From a virus (Duplodnaviria > Caudoviricetes), in the IMG/VR virus record IMGVR_UViG_3300005573_000256, positions 1 through 26,025 of that record: 26,025 nucleotides of DNA; one strand, 5' to 3'. The notes beneath the pieces were generated by a model that saw nothing but the letters and a program-made list of their open reading frames with translations, was not told where the DNA came from and did no database searches. Below are positions 10,069 to 18,882 of the stretch, piece by piece (the first letter of the stretch is position 1; each line of letters opens with the position of its first letter). Position numbers and translations under genes: made by a program.

Positions 10069-12009
10069 TCACTCCGTATATGATGATGAGTAATCATCTA
10101 CTATTGTAATTCTCCAATTCACAAAATTCATACCTGCAGGCTGTGCTATTGCTTCTGAGGCCCACCATGAGAGTTCCATTTGATTCCTCGAACTTTGTGT
10201 TTTTGCCAATTGTGTGGGCTCTGGGAATAAGCATGGAATTTCTATAAGTATTTTATAAGTTCCATTATAATCAAATAATAAGTCAGCTTTCTTTGGATTG
10301 CCGTCTTGATGTTTTTCGATTTTAGAAACATCAATATCAGCAAGTGTAACTTGTAATGTTGTTTCGGGCAATCCTTCTTCGATCGGCTCGTCAACTTCCC
10401 ACGCTCGATTTGATTCGCCTCTTGTTATATAATCTGGAGCGAATTTTCTTCGAAAACGAAAGCGAAAACCTTTGATTTTCCATATATCATTATCACTTAA
10501 TTCTGTGCCAGTATAATCATTCATTCGGAATCTTAATGCACCAAATGGTACAAATGGTGGCATATCAGATGCAAGTTGTATATGCGTCACCGATTGTATT
10601 TCGCTTTGCGTATTTTCCGCCGACATATTAAGATCAATCCTATCTGCTATTGCCCTGATAGCCACCGAAACAAATCCATCTCGATCAGGACCATATAATT
10701 CCACCTCAATCGGTTTGATCGAAGGCCATTCGAAGATTTGCGCCACACTCTTCGGATCAATACAAGCAATTAATGTACCATATAATCTTTGCCCATCAAT
10801 ACTATCTGCTAATGTTAACGTATGAGTATATGGTCCTGTCCCACTTACTTGATCTTGCCCCATTAATTGTGCGATGAGTGACCATAATCTGCTCGCATAT
10901 TTTAGCCGTGCCTCCAATATTGGCTCTACTCGCTTGCGACCATAGCAATAATATCTTGCCCATTTCCAACCAATACACGGATCGGGGAATACTTCCCGCA
11001 ATTGCATAATTGGACCTAATGATAACGTCTTAACTTCATCATTTACCCCAACAACTGATGCTTCCCCCCATGCTTTCATTTGCGCCACTGCTGGCCTATA
11101 TGCAATAATACAAGATTTTGTATTAACTTTTCCGAATGTAATCTGTTCACTTGGTTGTAATATTTGCAAATCCTGTTGTGGTACAACTTTTGCGACATAA
11201 GCCCAATCGGCCGAAAAAAGTGCCCCTGCACCGGTTGCATAGATACCAATTCGAAAATCTAATGTAGTTGATCTATTCCGATCAAATGAAGCTTCTTTTG
11301 TCCCATCAAAATATCCATCATCTCTATATACTCCATTGATAAGTCCTTTGCGATGTATCCATATTCTGTGCCAATTATAATCATATATATTACTCGCATG
11401 ATAATTCAATCCCCAATAAGCATCATTTGACCCCCTACCAGTACTGCGGTATGATATATAATAACTACTCATCTTTCCAAAAGATACATATTTGGTCTCG
11501 GAATATGCATTCATTGCATTAATACACATAGCACCTATATAATTAACGCCAAATGTTTGGAATGAGGCAAGAGTTGGATAAAGATAATCCCACTGTGCAT
11601 ATAATATTACTTTGCCATCTTGAACATATACATAATTTTGGTTACTACCTAATATTTGCCATTTAGTTAAATCTAATGTTGCAAAATCATCAAATAAGGG
11701 GAATGTATTAAGCCCATCAGAAGCATCAGATGCTGATGGATTGGAAAAATACATTTGGATTGTTTTTCCAGATGCAGGATATGTAGGAATTTTCAAAATA
11801 AACAATGCTGATGTATTTGCAATATAAGTCTCTTTCCAATGATATAATAAAGTTGTTCCATCTTCATCTGTAAAACGAATATCAGAAAAATCTGATTTCA
11901 TCAGTGGAGAATATGATACGGAAACATATACATTGATATTGGTCTGCTGTGAAGCAATTGCAGGCAGTGTAATTGTCTTCCGTGCGCCCCATCCTGCAAG
12001 CCAGCCCAT
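10069..12009 (-). CDS. DUF2341-like domain fused to a tail-tube paralog
   Basis: DFSDIRFTDEDG..LLYHWKE...FPLFDDF (DUF2341-like); the C-terminal ~350 aa align end to end with 7616..8680. Confidence 0.85.
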   Translation of the reverse strand: MGWLAGWGARKTITLPAIASQQTNINVYVSVSYSPLMKSDFSDIRFTDEDGTTLLYHWKETYIANTSALFILKIPTYPASGKTIQMYFSNPSASDASDGLNTFPLFDDFATLDLTKWQILGSNQNYVYVQDGKVILYAQWDYLYPTLASFQTFGVNYIGAMCINAMNAYSETKYVSFGKMSSYYISYRSTGRGSNDAYWGLNYHASNIYDYNWHRIWIHRKGLINGVYRDDGYFDGTKEASFDRNRSTTLDFRIGIYATGAGALFSADWAYVAKVVPQQDLQILQPSEQITFGKVNTKSCIIAYRPAVAQMKAWGEASVVGVNDEVKTLSLGPIMQLREVFPDPCIGWKWARYYCYGRKRVEPILEARLKYASRLWSLIAQLMGQDQVSGTGPYTHTLTLADSIDGQRLYGTLIACIDPKSVAQIFEWPSIKPIEVELYGPDRDGFVSVAIRAIADRIDLNMSAENTQSEIQSVTHIQLASDMPPFVPFGALRFRMNDYTGTELSDNDIWKIKGFRFRFRRKFAPDYITRGESNRAWEVDEPIEEGLPETTLQVTLADIDVSKIEKHQDGNPKKADLLFDYNGTYKILIEIPCLFPEPTQLAKTQSSRNQMELSWWASEAIAQPAGMNFVNWRITIVDDYSSSYTE

Positions 12010-12596
12010 TATCTCCTCCCAACATTACTATAATCCCCTCTATCAATCCATGCAGGCCGTTCAAGTCTCACACGGTCGAATGGTTTTTCATATTTTTCTA
12101 ATGAATCAACAAGCTGTCGTTGTATTATCTGCATCCATCTATGTATATCTTCACGCTTTGGATCGATTGTTCTTCTTGCCGGCACTTTTCTTTTTACATC
12201 ACCTCCCATCTGATGGTACAGAGGATAGTCGAATCCAGTGGGGGACGTCACTGTTGTCCCCCACTTGATATGCCATACATTACCTTGTCTATATACAGAT
12301 GCGATTGAATCTTTTGTCTGTTTTATTAATGATTCTTTTAACGCTCCTGTCAATACCATTATATTCGTTTTTCCATGTTTTTCTTTCCAAATTTTATAAT
12401 TTGGCGATAATTCTGCCCAGTGTCCATGATAACCACTCCCACCCTCGGTGGCAAATAATTTCTCGGCCGTCTCGTATGAGTCTTGTATTACTTGCCTACC
12501 AGCAATATCCATTGTAGCAAGCGATAATCGTCTTGCCACACGGTGCATATCCGATATCCATGTTTTAGTGTTTGGAAATGAAATTGCAATATACAT
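12009..12596 (-). CDS. Virion morphogenesis / tail completion protein (Mu gpG/P2 S-like)
   Basis: WAELSP, LTGALKES, YHQMG and VPAR motifs. Confidence 0.75.
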   Translation of the reverse strand: MYIAISFPNTKTWISDMHRVARRLSLATMDIAGRQVIQDSYETAEKLFATEGGSGYHGHWAELSPNYKIWKEKHGKTNIMVLTGALKESLIKQTKDSIASVYRQGNVWHIKWGTTVTSPTGFDYPLYHQMGGDVKRKVPARRTIDPKREDIHRWMQIIQRQLVDSLEKYEKPFDRVRLERPAWIDRGDYSNVGRR

Positions 12597-12600
12597 TACC

Positions 12601-13305
12601 TCAGAACTCCTTATCTATTGTTATCCATTCGTTAATATCATCTGGATTTTCCGAACCGTAACTTGATATACTTATCTTCTTAACTGATTTAGTTGTCCTT
12701 GTCGCTCCTTCAAGGTAATTTGCAATATTACGGATTGCCCATATTCCGCATGGCATATTTTCAGAGCCCCAATATTGCGCCCACAATTCTTTCGCTCTTT
12801 CAGGTTTGACTGGGGAAATCCCCATGAATGAAATTTGATCTACTTCTGCGGCTGCACCTTTCATGCATATATCTCTTAATATCTTTAATGCCGTATTTAC
12901 TTTTATAATTTTACAACCTATATCATAATCATTATCAACATTATCTAATGTTATTATATTATTGCTAATATTTTTAATTTTACAAAATTCATAAACTCGA
13001 ATACCGTTATCCAATCCCTCTAACTTGACAGTATCTCCAACTGAAAAACCAGAACTATCTCCGACATCCACATCAACATCTGAACCAGCAGTAATTGCTT
13101 GGGAAGCTGTTGTACTTACTTCATGCAGATTGTCCACATCATATCCAGCATCACTTACAATACTGCGCAATGATGCAGATATCCTGTCGATTATCTCTCG
13201 CACTTGGGAGCGGGTGGGTCTGGTATCGTCAGTATATACCATCCCACCCTGCGCTCCTTGTAACAATATGATCTCTACATCCTCAATTGTGCAATATGGA
13301 TACAT
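12601..13305 (-). CDS. Head-tail adaptor-like protein with a small inserted beta domain
   Basis: YCTIEDV start typical of adaptors; internal DSSGFSVGDTVKL segment; position after the capsid genes. Confidence 0.65.
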   Translation of the reverse strand: MYPYCTIEDVEIILLQGAQGGMVYTDDTRPTRSQVREIIDRISASLRSIVSDAGYDVDNLHEVSTTASQAITAGSDVDVDVGDSSGFSVGDTVKLEGLDNGIRVYEFCKIKNISNNIITLDNVDNDYDIGCKIIKVNTALKILRDICMKGAAAEVDQISFMGISPVKPERAKELWAQYWGSENMPCGIWAIRNIANYLEGATRTTKSVKKISISSYGSENPDDINEWITIDKEF

Positions 13306-13311
13306 CTTATA

Positions 13312-13740
13312 TTACCATGATGTTGTATCTGTTTTGCAGTAATATTTCGCTCCATCAATTATAATCTCCGCCCATCGGGGTACTCCAGAGGGAGTACAGA
13401 TCGTATCAACCGCTGTAATCGTATGTCCAGTATAAGTAATTCCTGTTCCATATAATATTACGGGCGAATCTCCATCACCAATATATAATGTTCCATTTCC
13501 ACCAGCCCTAATTGATAATCCAGCTGTCGTATCATTATCAGCACTTACTAATTTCACAACTCCAGCATCGTCACGGATAAGTTTGAAGACTCCATCTGTT
13601 ACACCAATCAATACATATTCTCCATTTTTCCCAACAATCTTCCCGGGCAATACATACAATGGCCTTCGCACAATTTGTATATTCTGTGCGAATAATATAC
13701 TACTTAATAGCACAAATAAAATAATTAATTTATTTCTCAT
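13312..13740 (-). CDS. Hypothetical protein with a Sec-type signal peptide
   Basis: MRNKLIILFVLLSSILFA/Q N-terminus; AGGAG RBS. Confidence 0.7.
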   Translation of the reverse strand: MRNKLIILFVLLSSILFAQNIQIVRRPLYVLPGKIVGKNGEYVLIGVTDGVFKLIRDDAGVVKLVSADNDTTAGLSIRAGGNGTLYIGDGDSPVILYGTGITYTGHTITAVDTICTPSGVPRWAEIIIDGAKYYCKTDTTSW

Positions 13741-13891
13741 CTTTATTCTCCTTCTTTTTTTGATCTTGTTCTAATCTTACAATCAATCCAGCTTGTTCTA
13801 ATTCTTCATTGACCGGCATATCGAAGATCATTCCAGCCAATACAATTTTTCCTTTTGCAAGTTTCAGATTTTTCAATGCTTTATACTTCAT
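13730..13891 (-). CDS. Small 53-aa protein (not in the ORF track)
   Basis: GGAGG RBS; MKYKALKNLKLAKGKIVLAG...; lies just after the major capsid gene. Confidence 0.65.
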   Translation of the reverse strand: MKYKALKNLKLAKGKIVLAGMIFDMPVNEELEQAGLIVRLEQDQKKKENKDEK

Positions 13892-13916
13892 ATGAGCCTC
13901 CATAAGTTATAAGCTA

Positions 13917-13956
13917 AATTAGGGCAGATATGCAATATTACATATCCGCCCTAATT
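13917..13956 (-). terminator. Stem-loop after the major capsid gene (terminator or mRNA stabiliser)
   Basis: Near-perfect 40-bp palindrome; both mismatches become G-U pairs in the - strand transcript. Confidence 0.7.
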
Positions 13957-13958
13957 AA

Positions 13959-14930
13959 TTATGAAACTACAGATGTGAGCAAATATCCACAGTTAGGATC
14001 AATGATTTGGATATCCTCATCAATTGTGCCCTCGACGAATGTCCCAGTTGCGGCCTCATCGTACCACTTGCGGATCTGCACAGCATCCGTGCCATATCGG
14101 GAGAAGATTGCTCCGAGTGTCCGACTTCGATTAGTCGGTGCCGGATCTCTGTACAATCCAATTACATTCTTGCCCCAGATATAACCCAGCGTCACACTTT
14201 GGCCCTCTTTGGTTGTTACATAAAGAGGATTCCCGATGAGCACTTCTTCCACGTCGAATGCGGCTGCCAACAATTCCGGAGTAATCTTACCTTCTTTCAC
14301 ATTCATCGTATATTTGATTCTGTCAACAACAAGTGGATGATGCTTTAATTTATTATATACTTGTCGACCAATAATAACAACATTCATCTCGCATCCAGTC
14401 TTGGCATGGATGCTATTGCGCATCGTCTCAACATCTTCAAATGGATCAGAGTCCTCACTTGTATAATTATCCCACTGATTAGCTGTTGTCAATGTGGTAT
14501 AATTAGTAAGTACAGATGTACTTGTAAGCAACGCAGCCGCCCTGTGCTCTCGACCAAGCAATAGTGCATCCGTCACGATCCGCACAGCATATTCTGTAAG
14601 ATCGAGTCCTTGCGACAAGAATTCATCTCTGTCTCGATCATCGATCCCATCATGCAGTGCGTATCTGGTACAATGGAATGTTCCATCAGTATCCATTTCG
14701 ACATTGACTTTGCTCGATTTGGCAAGTGGGCCTCTTGTATCATAACCATAATAATCCCGGAACATATTGCCTTTCTTAAATTTCCTGAATCGTCCAGAAA
14801 CTTTACCTTCCGTATTAATTACAGGTAAAGCTTTTGACGCAATATATGATCCCTCTCGATTCATGTATTCAATCGAGAGCTTGGTCAAATATTGATCAAC
14901 TTGTTGTAATTCATATCTTGAGAGAGACAT
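13959..14930 (-). CDS. Major capsid protein (HK97 fold, lambda gpE-like)
   Basis: 323 aa; follows protease and decoration genes; W...SDPFED and LKHHP motifs; strong RBS. Confidence 0.88.
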   Translation of the reverse strand: MSLSRYELQQVDQYLTKLSIEYMNREGSYIASKALPVINTEGKVSGRFRKFKKGNMFRDYYGYDTRGPLAKSSKVNVEMDTDGTFHCTRYALHDGIDDRDRDEFLSQGLDLTEYAVRIVTDALLLGREHRAAALLTSTSVLTNYTTLTTANQWDNYTSEDSDPFEDVETMRNSIHAKTGCEMNVVIIGRQVYNKLKHHPLVVDRIKYTMNVKEGKITPELLAAAFDVEEVLIGNPLYVTTKEGQSVTLGYIWGKNVIGLYRDPAPTNRSRTLGAIFSRYGTDAVQIRKWYDEAATGTFVEGTIDEDIQIIDPNCGYLLTSVVS

Positions 14931-14963
14931 ATTTAACCTCCTTTTATTATTTTATAATTTACA

Positions 14964-15359
14964 CTATGCTGTAGCAGTTGGAGCTAATATTAACCGTACG
15001 GAAATAATATCACCACTTACACCATCCTCAAGAGCAATGCCCACGACAAATTGACCGGCGCCTGTAGGAACAACTACAGTACCATTAGTATCTGCAATAA
15101 GTGTATCACCAGCGGAGATATTACCACCGGCTTTTACACGAGCAATACCACCAATCTGCAATGTCACATCTTTCTCGCTTGTGTCGGTTGCATACACTTT
15201 GTCAAGGATGACACCATCAACTTTACCGCCTTTTGATGCCGCACCAACTACAATTAAGCCACTTGACAATCTGCCAAGATAATATTTTTTAGCAGATAGA
15301 TCCGACTGAGTTCGAAACGTGGCCACAAAGTCCTTTATTTCTTTTGGAACTTGACTCAT
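14964..15359 (-). CDS. Capsid decoration/cement protein (DUF2190-like)
   Basis: GIARVKAGGNISAGD...VVGIALE...GDIISV. Confidence 0.8.
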   Translation of the reverse strand: MSQVPKEIKDFVATFRTQSDLSAKKYYLGRLSSGLIVVGAASKGGKVDGVILDKVYATDTSEKDVTLQIGGIARVKAGGNISAGDTLIADTNGTVVVPTGAGQFVVGIALEDGVSGDIISVRLILAPTATA

Positions 15360-15387
15360 AATTTATTACCTCCTATTTATTATTAAT

Positions 15388-16701
15388 TTATTCATAATTT
15401 TTGAATAGATCGGGATTTTCACTTTTCATCCGTCTTTTTGCTTCTATGAAACTAATATTCTTTTCCGCAGCATATTTCTCGATTAATTTCACGAGCTTTT
15501 CGGATGAATCAACTGCATCCCCATCTGTGCCCTTCTCACCGAGTTCAATTGGAAGCGGTGGAGTATTTTTCAAAAATTCTTCAAACCACTTCCGGTCAGA
15601 CAATGCCATCTGCACCATTTGTGCCTTTTGAGAGGGCAAGATTTTCCTCGCTTTGATCGCATCGTCTACAAGTGCTTCGGCTTCCATCAACGCAAGTTTC
15701 TTTTGCGCTTCAATCCCGGCCTCTGCACCCTTTTTCAATGCGTTCAATTCGTCCACTGTAATTTTCACTTCCCCATTCTTGGGAGTTAATTTTTCGATCT
15801 CTTCTTTCAATTTCTTGTTTTCCGTCTCAAGTTCTTCGAGACGTTTCACTTTTTCGCTCAATTCGTCCGTTAATTTTTTGAGCTCATCAGTGATTTCTTG
15901 CTTTTGATCTTGCATTTGCTTTTCCTCCTTTGTTTCGTTAATTTTAATATAATAATTTTCGTTTAGAGCTATTGCAACTTGACCCTTCTTCAGGAATGGC
16001 CAATTTGTCAAACCAAATCCACGCAGAGTGAATCCATGTTCTTGTCCTTGTTCGTCAATGAAGTTTTCTTCGAATACCGGAGAGATGAACTTAAATTCTT
16101 TATTTTTAATATATTCCTTTGCTTTATTTGTAAATTCAATTTTTGCATATAAACCGTCTTCTTTCAAAATGAGCTCCCGGATCCAACCGCTTGCTTTGGT
16201 CATTTCCGGATCAGAGATCCCAGACATTGGATGTTCATAAGTCCCGGGCAATACCCAACTTTCGGAATCTTTTACTGCGCCAATTCCAGCATTGAAATTT
16301 TTCACCGCATTTTCTAAATCTTTTTTCGTAACTCTGAATTTTCCATATGCTTTGTGGTGAAATTCGTCTGGATATAATATTTTAACTTCAACTAATTTAT
16401 TATCATTTTCCATTTCATTTAATCGTATATATACAGATGTTTCTCTTGTCTCTTTTTCTTCCGTCTCTCTCGCTGGCTCAAATTCACCGTTATGATCCTT
16501 ACAATGTTTTTCAGCTTGTTCTTTTGACCATATGTCCTTCGGATATCTATAAGCTTGTTCTACACTTCCACCCTCACCAGATTTTGGCAAGCCGAAGATA
16601 ATCCGATATTTCTTCCCCTCGTGTTCCCTCTCTTCTGACCCGACAATTTTCAGTTTGTCTGGGTCAACTAATCTACAAGCATGTTCATTAGGATATGGCA
16701 T
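15388..16701 (-). CDS. Mu-like prohead protease with a C-terminal scaffold
   Basis: YEH...ASGWI...GLYAKIEFT...FISPVF...GLTNWPF; coiled-coil C-terminus. Confidence 0.85.
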   Translation of the reverse strand: MPYPNEHACRLVDPDKLKIVGSEEREHEGKKYRIIFGLPKSGEGGSVEQAYRYPKDIWSKEQAEKHCKDHNGEFEPARETEEKETRETSVYIRLNEMENDNKLVEVKILYPDEFHHKAYGKFRVTKKDLENAVKNFNAGIGAVKDSESWVLPGTYEHPMSGISDPEMTKASGWIRELILKEDGLYAKIEFTNKAKEYIKNKEFKFISPVFEENFIDEQGQEHGFTLRGFGLTNWPFLKKGQVAIALNENYYIKINETKEEKQMQDQKQEITDELKKLTDELSEKVKRLEELETENKKLKEEIEKLTPKNGEVKITVDELNALKKGAEAGIEAQKKLALMEAEALVDDAIKARKILPSQKAQMVQMALSDRKWFEEFLKNTPPLPIELGEKGTDGDAVDSSEKLVKLIEKYAAEKNISFIEAKRRMKSENPDLFKNYE

Positions 16702-16723
16702 ATATTTCCTCCTTTGTTAATTA

Positions 16724-18838
16724 TTATTTTTCTTTTGATATTTCGAAAATATTAATTCCTCTACAATTATCTCCGCCATCACAATCAACATAAGGACCTG
16801 CGAGGAATGAATCTGCTTCCGGCGAATCAAGTGAAAATTCTAATCCATCCACTTGCTTACAAGGACCACATGTTTTTTCGTCCATAACTTCAGAACGTAT
16901 TACAATTTCAATTTGTTCCTTGTGTTTCATTGCTTCCGCATTTCTTGCGAGCCCGAATATTTTATTCGTAGCTTCGGCCATAGCATTTCGCACACTCTTT
17001 TCCGACAACCCGCTTAATCGATCTTGTAATCTCTGCGTATTTACCATATTAAGTAATTTCTGCGATAATATCTCATCTTCCCATTCATCCTCCAACAATC
17101 GTATCATTGCTTTGATTTTTGTCTCAATGATCCTTTTGATTGCTCTCTGGATTTCTCCTTCATCTTCTATGATCGGTTTTGGTGTGTCGGCCAATTTCAA
17201 TCCTTGCAATTTCAGTTCTCGCTGTAACTCTTCCTTCGAATATTTTGCCAATTCCATTGCAATTTGGGCAAGTTCTTCTTCAAGTTTTTTGGTAACAATA
17301 CTCATCCTTCTTATTTCCGCCATTATCGCATCGATCCCGCCTGTCTTTGCCAATATTCGCATTCCTCTATCAGTTAACAACTTAATAAATTCTGCACGAT
17401 GTTGTAATGCAATCTCTGCCATTTTATTCCGGAATTCACGAATTTTCTTATCAATATCTCTCAATCCGATTAGATTTTCTAAATCTGTCAATGGCCGCCA
17501 ATATTCGATTAGCTCTTCTGCTTTATTTTTTTCCGATAAGCATTTGCATATATTTTCTTTTGATTTTATTTCTTCTCTTTCTTCTTTTTTCTCTTCTTCC
17601 TCTTTTTGTGGCTGTTCCTCAATTTCTTTTTTTTGCACTTCCGGTAATTCAAGCCATTTGCGGATTATTTTTTCGTCTTCTTCATTCAATTTTAGTGCAC
17701 CGGAATTAACAAGTACATTTATGCTATTGGCTATTTCAGTTAAGTTAATATCTTCAATATAAGATCCACGTAATTTAGGGTATACATTATTTTCGGGCAT
17801 CCCGAAATTCCAATCGATTAATTCCTGAATGAGTTTTCTATTTTCATGGCCTGTATTAATTGTATTTTCGATTTCTTTCGTAATTGCTAATAATGACTGA
17901 AGAAATTGATCTTTCAGTGTTTTCCCAAGCGCCCTTGATCCTGTCTCAGTTTTCCCGAGATCGAGAAATTGTTGGAGTAAGGCGGTTGACATTTCTTGGT
18001 CAAAATATTTGATCGTGGATTCAAGATCAGATGTTTGAGAAGCTTTCATATCGAGAATCTCGAATTCGAAACCATGCGGTAATATTACATATCCCTTACT
18101 ATGGGCCCGGAAAGTTTCTCCGACTTCTACTGCTTTATCTTCGTCATTTTCAGTAACATTAATTTGTGGTAATTTAATAATCGGAATACCAAGCCCTTGT
18201 TTATCATGCTTTAATAGAGCAATCTTTATGAGAGTATCTTTAGCATAATAAGCTCTATATAATGGTCGTAATATTGATACGCCTCTCCAATTATTACCTT
18301 CTCGTTCATTTGTGAATATAAGTAATTTATTATTTGGTATACGAACTGTTTTATACGTTCCATCCGGAAAATATGCTAATTGTTCAATCTCTTTGAGCGA
18401 TCCGTCTGGGTTTTGATACCACCCGATAATTGTATTTGGCTTTCTTGGTGCAAGTTTTTTCAACCAATATTTCCCATCTCTATATTCATATACTTTTTCG
18501 AATATATAAAATCCATACTGTAGATATTTCAAAGCATGCGAAAGGAAGAAGTCCCAAGTAAAATTTGGATTTGCTAATATATTCTGCTCGATAAATTTTG
18601 CCTGCTCAACATGTTTGGGATCATCAGAGGCGGGCTCAATTGTCCATATTGCAGATCGTACGGCAAGGTTAATTGCATTTAGTACGCCCTTTATTTTCGC
18701 ATCTTTCAAGGGCATTTTGCAATATACTTCTATCGCTTTTGCATCCGCAAGATCAGTATTATATTCTTCATTTACAATTTGTCCGCTGTAGATTTCAGTA
18801 CCTACAGCACCAATTTCATTTAATCTTTCTTTTTCCAT
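16724..18838 (-). CDS. Portal protein (DUF935/Mu gp29-like) fused to a MuF-like minor head domain
   Basis: YGFYIFEKVY, GVSILRP, GSRALG; C-terminal DEKTCGPC...CDGGDNCRG. Confidence 0.85.
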   Translation of the reverse strand: MEKERLNEIGAVGTEIYSGQIVNEEYNTDLADAKAIEVYCKMPLKDAKIKGVLNAINLAVRSAIWTIEPASDDPKHVEQAKFIEQNILANPNFTWDFFLSHALKYLQYGFYIFEKVYEYRDGKYWLKKLAPRKPNTIIGWYQNPDGSLKEIEQLAYFPDGTYKTVRIPNNKLLIFTNEREGNNWRGVSILRPLYRAYYAKDTLIKIALLKHDKQGLGIPIIKLPQINVTENDEDKAVEVGETFRAHSKGYVILPHGFEFEILDMKASQTSDLESTIKYFDQEMSTALLQQFLDLGKTETGSRALGKTLKDQFLQSLLAITKEIENTINTGHENRKLIQELIDWNFGMPENNVYPKLRGSYIEDINLTEIANSINVLVNSGALKLNEEDEKIIRKWLELPEVQKKEIEEQPQKEEEEKKEEREEIKSKENICKCLSEKNKAEELIEYWRPLTDLENLIGLRDIDKKIREFRNKMAEIALQHRAEFIKLLTDRGMRILAKTGGIDAIMAEIRRMSIVTKKLEEELAQIAMELAKYSKEELQRELKLQGLKLADTPKPIIEDEGEIQRAIKRIIETKIKAMIRLLEDEWEDEILSQKLLNMVNTQRLQDRLSGLSEKSVRNAMAEATNKIFGLARNAEAMKHKEQIEIVIRSEVMDEKTCGPCKQVDGLEFSLDSPEADSFLAGPYVDCDGGDNCRGINIFEISKEK

Positions 18839-18846
18839 TTTGCCCC

Positions 18847-18875
18847 AATATAATAATTTATACTTTCGTTGTCAA
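18847..18875 (-). promoter_or_regulatory. Near-consensus sigma70 promoter directly before the portal gene
   Basis: TTGACA (18870-18875)-N17-TATATT (18847-18852); ATG only 8 nt after the -10 box. Confidence 0.7.
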
Positions 18876-18882
18876 GTACTTT

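Noticed and set aside
11882-14161. Nested - strand ORFs 11882..12064 and 13967..14161
   Set aside because: Out-of-frame overlaps inside longer motif-bearing genes
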